Origin: a virus
Taxonomy: Duplodnaviria; Caudoviricetes
DNA: 55,890 bases
Virus record (IMG/VR): IMGVR_UViG_3300030095_004334
Span: 1 to 55,890 of that record
Reading direction: 5' to 3' (one strand)
Below are positions 52,457-55,890 of the stretch, piece by piece. Positions within the stretch are counted from its first letter, which is position 1; each line of letters starts with the position of its first letter. Made by a program: the position numbers and the translations under genes. The notes beneath the pieces were generated by a model. It searched no databases. It was not told the origin of the DNA and was given only the letters and a program-made list of their open reading frames with translations.

Positions 52457-54618
52457 TATCTCATTCCATCTGGTTTAACATCAAGAGTTAGCGTTCCATA
52501 TCTCCACTCTTGATTAATATCTGTATTCGCAACTTTAACATTAACATAACGACCCCTTGCTCTTGTATCAACTTTATCTGTACTTGAGTTTATAATAAAA
52601 GGACTATGAGTAGAACTAATACCTGTTTCCGAAGGATATCTTTTGACAGCTAGTGTTACTGTGGCATTACCTTCTAAATCTTTAAAATCAGGTATAAAAC
52701 GACTAACAGATACAAATTTTTCTCCAACACCTGTTTGACTTTGTAAATCAAAATCATAAGACTGTATGTTTGATTCTATAGTAGTAACACTTCCGTCTTC
52801 ATTCACTTGATCTGTTCCTATTTCGTGTTCAAAGTATATTGTCTTACCTAATCCATCTTCACCTAAAATAACAGGAAAGGTTCCTGTGCCGGTATCATCA
52901 AATTTTGTTGCGTGAGGTTTAGGATATAAGTTTGCGTCAATCCAAGAAGTCCTCGGTTCACTATTCGTGTACCATACACCACCGGGAACTTGTGCTGATT
53001 CAGCATAATTATAAGCTACAGCCTTACTATTAAAGTCACTATTTGTAGGATACCACCATGTTATTTCAGAAAATAAATTATTTAATCCTGCAACAACTTG
53101 TTGTCCTTTTGTTGTGTCAATATTATTAAATACTTCGTCTTCTACAGAACAAGGTAATGTTTTAACTGTACCATCAAATAAAAAGAAACCTTTTGTGCCC
53201 ATCCAATAAGCAACACCGTCTACTTCTATAGCTGCATTCTTACCAATCAAACCACAGTTAGTACCTACTTGTTCAAATCCAAATATAAAAGGAGATCCAA
53301 CAAACTTCATTGTATATAAAGCTGTATCAGTCCATATCAAAATATTTTCTTTTGCTTTTAAAGCACCAATAATTTTTGTTCCGTCTTGAAGTCTTTGAGA
53401 ACCTGCTGTATTCGTAACACTAGGTGTATAACTATTAATATTTTCTCTTTCTGAAAATCTTATAAACATATCATCTTGAGTTGTTGATGTACCCACGGTT
53501 GTTTCTGTACCAAAGTGTATTAAGTGTCTTGTAGTAGGTGATATTAAAGTTAATCGAGAAGCTGTAGGATTACTTCCTGTTGCAAAGTTTGTTGTATCTA
53601 AAGCTGCTCTAGTTGTTAAAGGTGTTGTTGATGAGGGATTCCATGTAAAAGTTTTACTGTTAGCTACCGTTGCAACTAATACTTCACCAAAATTATCTAA
53701 AGACCAAAGACCGGGTTCTAAGTTTACTTGACCAGCTTTTACTGCATCACCCCAAGCATTATAATCTGTTGCATTAACTACGGTTGCTCCATTACTGTGA
53801 GTTGTAGCTGTTGTACCTAAAGCTCCTCGTGTACATCCTGTTAAATCATTAGTAGATTTTCCTGTGTAAGTTATAAGTTCTGAACCAATTAAAATAGTTC
53901 CTGCTGTAGGAAAAGATGCAGCACTAGAAAGTGTTATTGTTGTTTCACTATTATCTAAATCTTCGTTTACCGTTGTTGAAGCTGCGTCTGATATTGTACC
54001 ACCCCATGTGCTAACACCCCAACCATATCCATAAGTTTGTTTTTGTGGACCAACTACAAAATAAAATTCTACTGTTGTGGATCCTCCTGCACTAACAGTG
54101 GCTGTCGCTGCCGCCGAAGAAGTAATTGTAAATGTAGTTGTACTAGGAACAGTGTTAATCATAAAAACTTTATCTTCAAAATTACTAGCACTAAGACCTG
54201 TGCCACTAGGTAAGGTGACGCTATCAAGTAATATAATATCTCCAACACTTGCACCATGAGCACTTGAAGTTGTAACTAAAACAGAAGTAGATTCATCTGT
54301 TGTTGCTAGAGTTGCACTTGTTTGTTGTCTTGTAGAATCAAAAGGAGTGATGTCGTGAAGTTGACCTTCAAAGAATAATAGTAAAAATTTATCTGTGCCT
54401 AAAGCAATATATCTATTACCGGTTGTATCTATAAAAGGTTTTTGTGCACGAACCACACCAACAATACTATCTGAAATTAAAGAAGACCAACCACCTATTT
54501 TTTCTGGTAGGCCATATCGAAATCTTACATTAGAACTATCAATCCAACGGTTCTCTGCACCCTTGGTAGTATTCTGTTTATCTATTCCGGGAATAATTTC
54601 AAAGTTAATAAGAGACAA
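52456..54618 (-). CDS. Tail nozzle/packaged-DNA stabilisation protein (P22 gp10 or T7 gp12 equivalent)
   Basis: VRFRYGxPEKIGGW, IRFS, WTDT, NCGLIG beta-propeller-type blocks; precedes the ejection genes. Confidence 0.75.
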   Translation of the reverse strand: MSLINFEIIPGIDKQNTTKGAENRWIDSSNVRFRYGLPEKIGGWSSLISDSIVGVVRAQKPFIDTTGNRYIALGTDKFLLLFFEGQLHDITPFDSTRQQTSATLATTDESTSVLVTTSSAHGASVGDIILLDSVTLPSGTGLSASNFEDKVFMINTVPSTTTFTITSSAAATATVSAGGSTTVEFYFVVGPQKQTYGYGWGVSTWGGTISDAASTTVNEDLDNSETTITLSSAASFPTAGTILIGSELITYTGKSTNDLTGCTRGALGTTATTHSNGATVVNATDYNAWGDAVKAGQVNLEPGLWSLDNFGEVLVATVANSKTFTWNPSSTTPLTTRAALDTTNFATGSNPTASRLTLISPTTRHLIHFGTETTVGTSTTQDDMFIRFSERENINSYTPSVTNTAGSQRLQDGTKIIGALKAKENILIWTDTALYTMKFVGSPFIFGFEQVGTNCGLIGKNAAIEVDGVAYWMGTKGFFLFDGTVKTLPCSVEDEVFNNIDTTKGQQVVAGLNNLFSEITWWYPTNSDFNSKAVAYNYAESAQVPGGVWYTNSEPRTSWIDANLYPKPHATKFDDTGTGTFPVILGEDGLGKTIYFEHEIGTDQVNEDGSVTTIESNIQSYDFDLQSQTGVGEKFVSVSRFIPDFKDLEGNATVTLAVKRYPSETGISSTHSPFIINSSTDKVDTRARGRYVNVKVANTDINQEWRYGTLTLDVKPDGMR

Positions 54619-54627
54619 AATTATCTC

Positions 54628-55335
54628 CTATATGAATGTCTTATAAGTCCAACCTCTAGTTGCATTTGCAAAGACTAATGTAAAAGACTGACCATTTGTT
54701 GAAATTGTTAAATTAGATGTGCCTGAATTAATCTTGGAACTATTTCTATTGATAATTAAATTATTAGAACCAAATGTTCCTTTTCCGTCTATAAAATGAA
54801 CTTCATCTCCTACACTAGGACTTGCAGGTAATGTGATTGTGACAGGAGCAGAACTTGTATCTACTATAATTTGATCATCTGCAACAGCAGTATAAGCGGA
54901 AGTAGTTGTTACATATCCTTTTTTTATCATACCTTTTACGATATTTGTTCCGTCTGAGAATAATAAAGTGGTAGAACCTCGAGCTAGTGTAACTCCAGTT
55001 CCTGACGCTGTTTTAAATGTTAATGTATAATGACTAGAACTTCTATCCGTTGCATCAACAACCAACCAAGCTTTCTCTACAGAGTCTGGAACAGTAATAT
55101 TTCTATTTGCAGCAAGTGTTCCTGTTAACTTAATAACAGCATTACGACCATTAGAAGATGCTCCATCTGCTATAGTTGTTGTTATATCTGCATTGGTAAC
55201 AGCAATAGAAATATAACCTCCTACTGCCTCTTGTATTAAATCTAAATTTGTATTAGTAACTGTACCCCATAAACCAGCTTTTTCGCCAGTGGTCATTTTT
55301 TCTAATTTTAATGATGTTGAGTATGATGATGACAT
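54628..55335 (-). CDS. Tail fibre/baseplate-like structural protein
   Basis: TGExxGxWGxxTNxNL N-terminus; DTSSAPVTITLPASPSVGDEVxFID...F..NNLxIxRN domain. Confidence 0.65.
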   Translation of the reverse strand: MSSSYSTSLKLEKMTTGEKAGLWGTVTNTNLDLIQEAVGGYISIAVTNADITTTIADGASSNGRNAVIKLTGTLAANRNITVPDSVEKAWLVVDATDRSSSHYTLTFKTASGTGVTLARGSTTLLFSDGTNIVKGMIKKGYVTTTSAYTAVADDQIIVDTSSAPVTITLPASPSVGDEVHFIDGKGTFGSNNLIINRNSSKINSGTSNLTISTNGQSFTLVFANATRGWTYKTFI

Positions 55336-55352
55336 GTGTTCTCCATTTTATC

Positions 55353-55790
55353 TTAAGTTTCTACATTTGTCCATGTTTGACTTGCGTTTGTGTTTATATC
55401 GTTCCAAGTAATAACACCCGGTCCAGTAACAGCGGAAGTTAAAAGATTTGTTTCCGGAGCTACAACAGCCTTAGCTACAATGGTCACCGTTCCGCTAGCC
55501 ACGGTTCCCGCTAAGTTAGTTGTGACTCCTACGTTAGCAGCAGCTTTTGTTGTAAAGTTACCTAGACTAGATGTAAGTGCATTGGTAGTAACTAATACAT
55601 TGGCTTTACCTACAAAACCTAAACTACCAATAGATATATTGGCTACATTACTATTTGGTGTAACATCAGCGTTCGCTTCAATCGCTGAAATATTACCTAA
55701 AGATAAAGTGGCTTGAACACCCTCTAAATTTACTGGCTGGTGAGTAGCTTCGCCGAAAGCAAATTCACCAAAAGCTGCTACGCCAAACAT
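55353..55790 (-). CDS. Virion structural protein
   Basis: MFGxxAFxExAF N-terminus; beta repeats. Confidence 0.6.
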   Translation of the reverse strand: MFGVAAFGEFAFGEATHQPVNLEGVQATLSLGNISAIEANADVTPNSNVANISIGSLGFVGKANVLVTTNALTSSLGNFTTKAAANVGVTTNLAGTVASGTVTIVAKAVVAPETNLLTSAVTGPGVITWNDINTNASQTWTNVET

Positions 55791-55792
55791 GG

Positions 55793-55890
55793 CTACGCTC
55801 CTGGGTCGGTTATTGTATTACCCGCGGCAACCCACTCAAGGATCTCTTGGTAGTCTGTGTTTGCCTCATCTATAGGAACTGATTTTACTC
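55793..55890 (-). CDS. Partial tail-fibre chaperone-like protein (C-terminus)
   Basis: VPIDEANTDYQEILEWVAAGNTITDPGA, then stop. Confidence 0.65.
   Translation of the reverse strand, partial: VKSVPIDEANTDYQEILEWVAAGNTITDPGA

Noticed and set aside
1864-55716. Numerous plus-strand ORFs antisense to structural genes, such as 13555..13986 and 50916..51272
   Set aside because: Shadow frames of biased-codon genes; no RBS or recognisable motifs

Overview
This window is a near-complete, circularly permuted genome of an AT-rich marine tailed phage of podovirus type; both ends of the window fall in tail-fibre genes. The minus strand carries a morphogenesis arm (TerL, portal, small basic proteins, GroES, scaffold, Mu-gpT-like major capsid, adaptor and fibre genes, 1-22.4 kb), a replication arm (SSB-like, primase-polymerase, UvrD-like helicase, Mom-like GNAT, family-A DNA polymerase, C5 methyltransferase, exonuclease, 28.1-41.2 kb) and a nozzle/ejection/lysis arm (43.4-55.9 kb). 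The plus strand carries an early/accessory region ending in TerS (22.8-28.1 kb) and a SNF2 helicase operon (41.3-43.4 kb). Gene content and AGAAAG-type ribosome-binding sites suggest an alphaproteobacterial, possibly SAR11-like, host; this is inference. I found no integrase, tRNA, CRISPR array or reverse transcriptase. The most interesting observations are: (1) an RTX-activating HlyC-family acyltransferase translationally coupled to the DNA-ejection genes, with no RTX toxin present; (2) a C5 methyltransferase with an overprinted second subunit built from four frame-preserving cassettes; (3) a shared xxGGx[VI] peptide tag across putative internal virion proteins; (4) duplicated G-quadruplex motifs and heptamer arrays bracketing the early operons; (5) a TATGGGA operator regulon; (6) a pseudoknotted RNA downstream of the capsid gene; (7) an inverted-repeat origin candidate; (8) an unannotated metallothionein-like ORF. 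All family calls come from motif recognition by eye, not from database searches.
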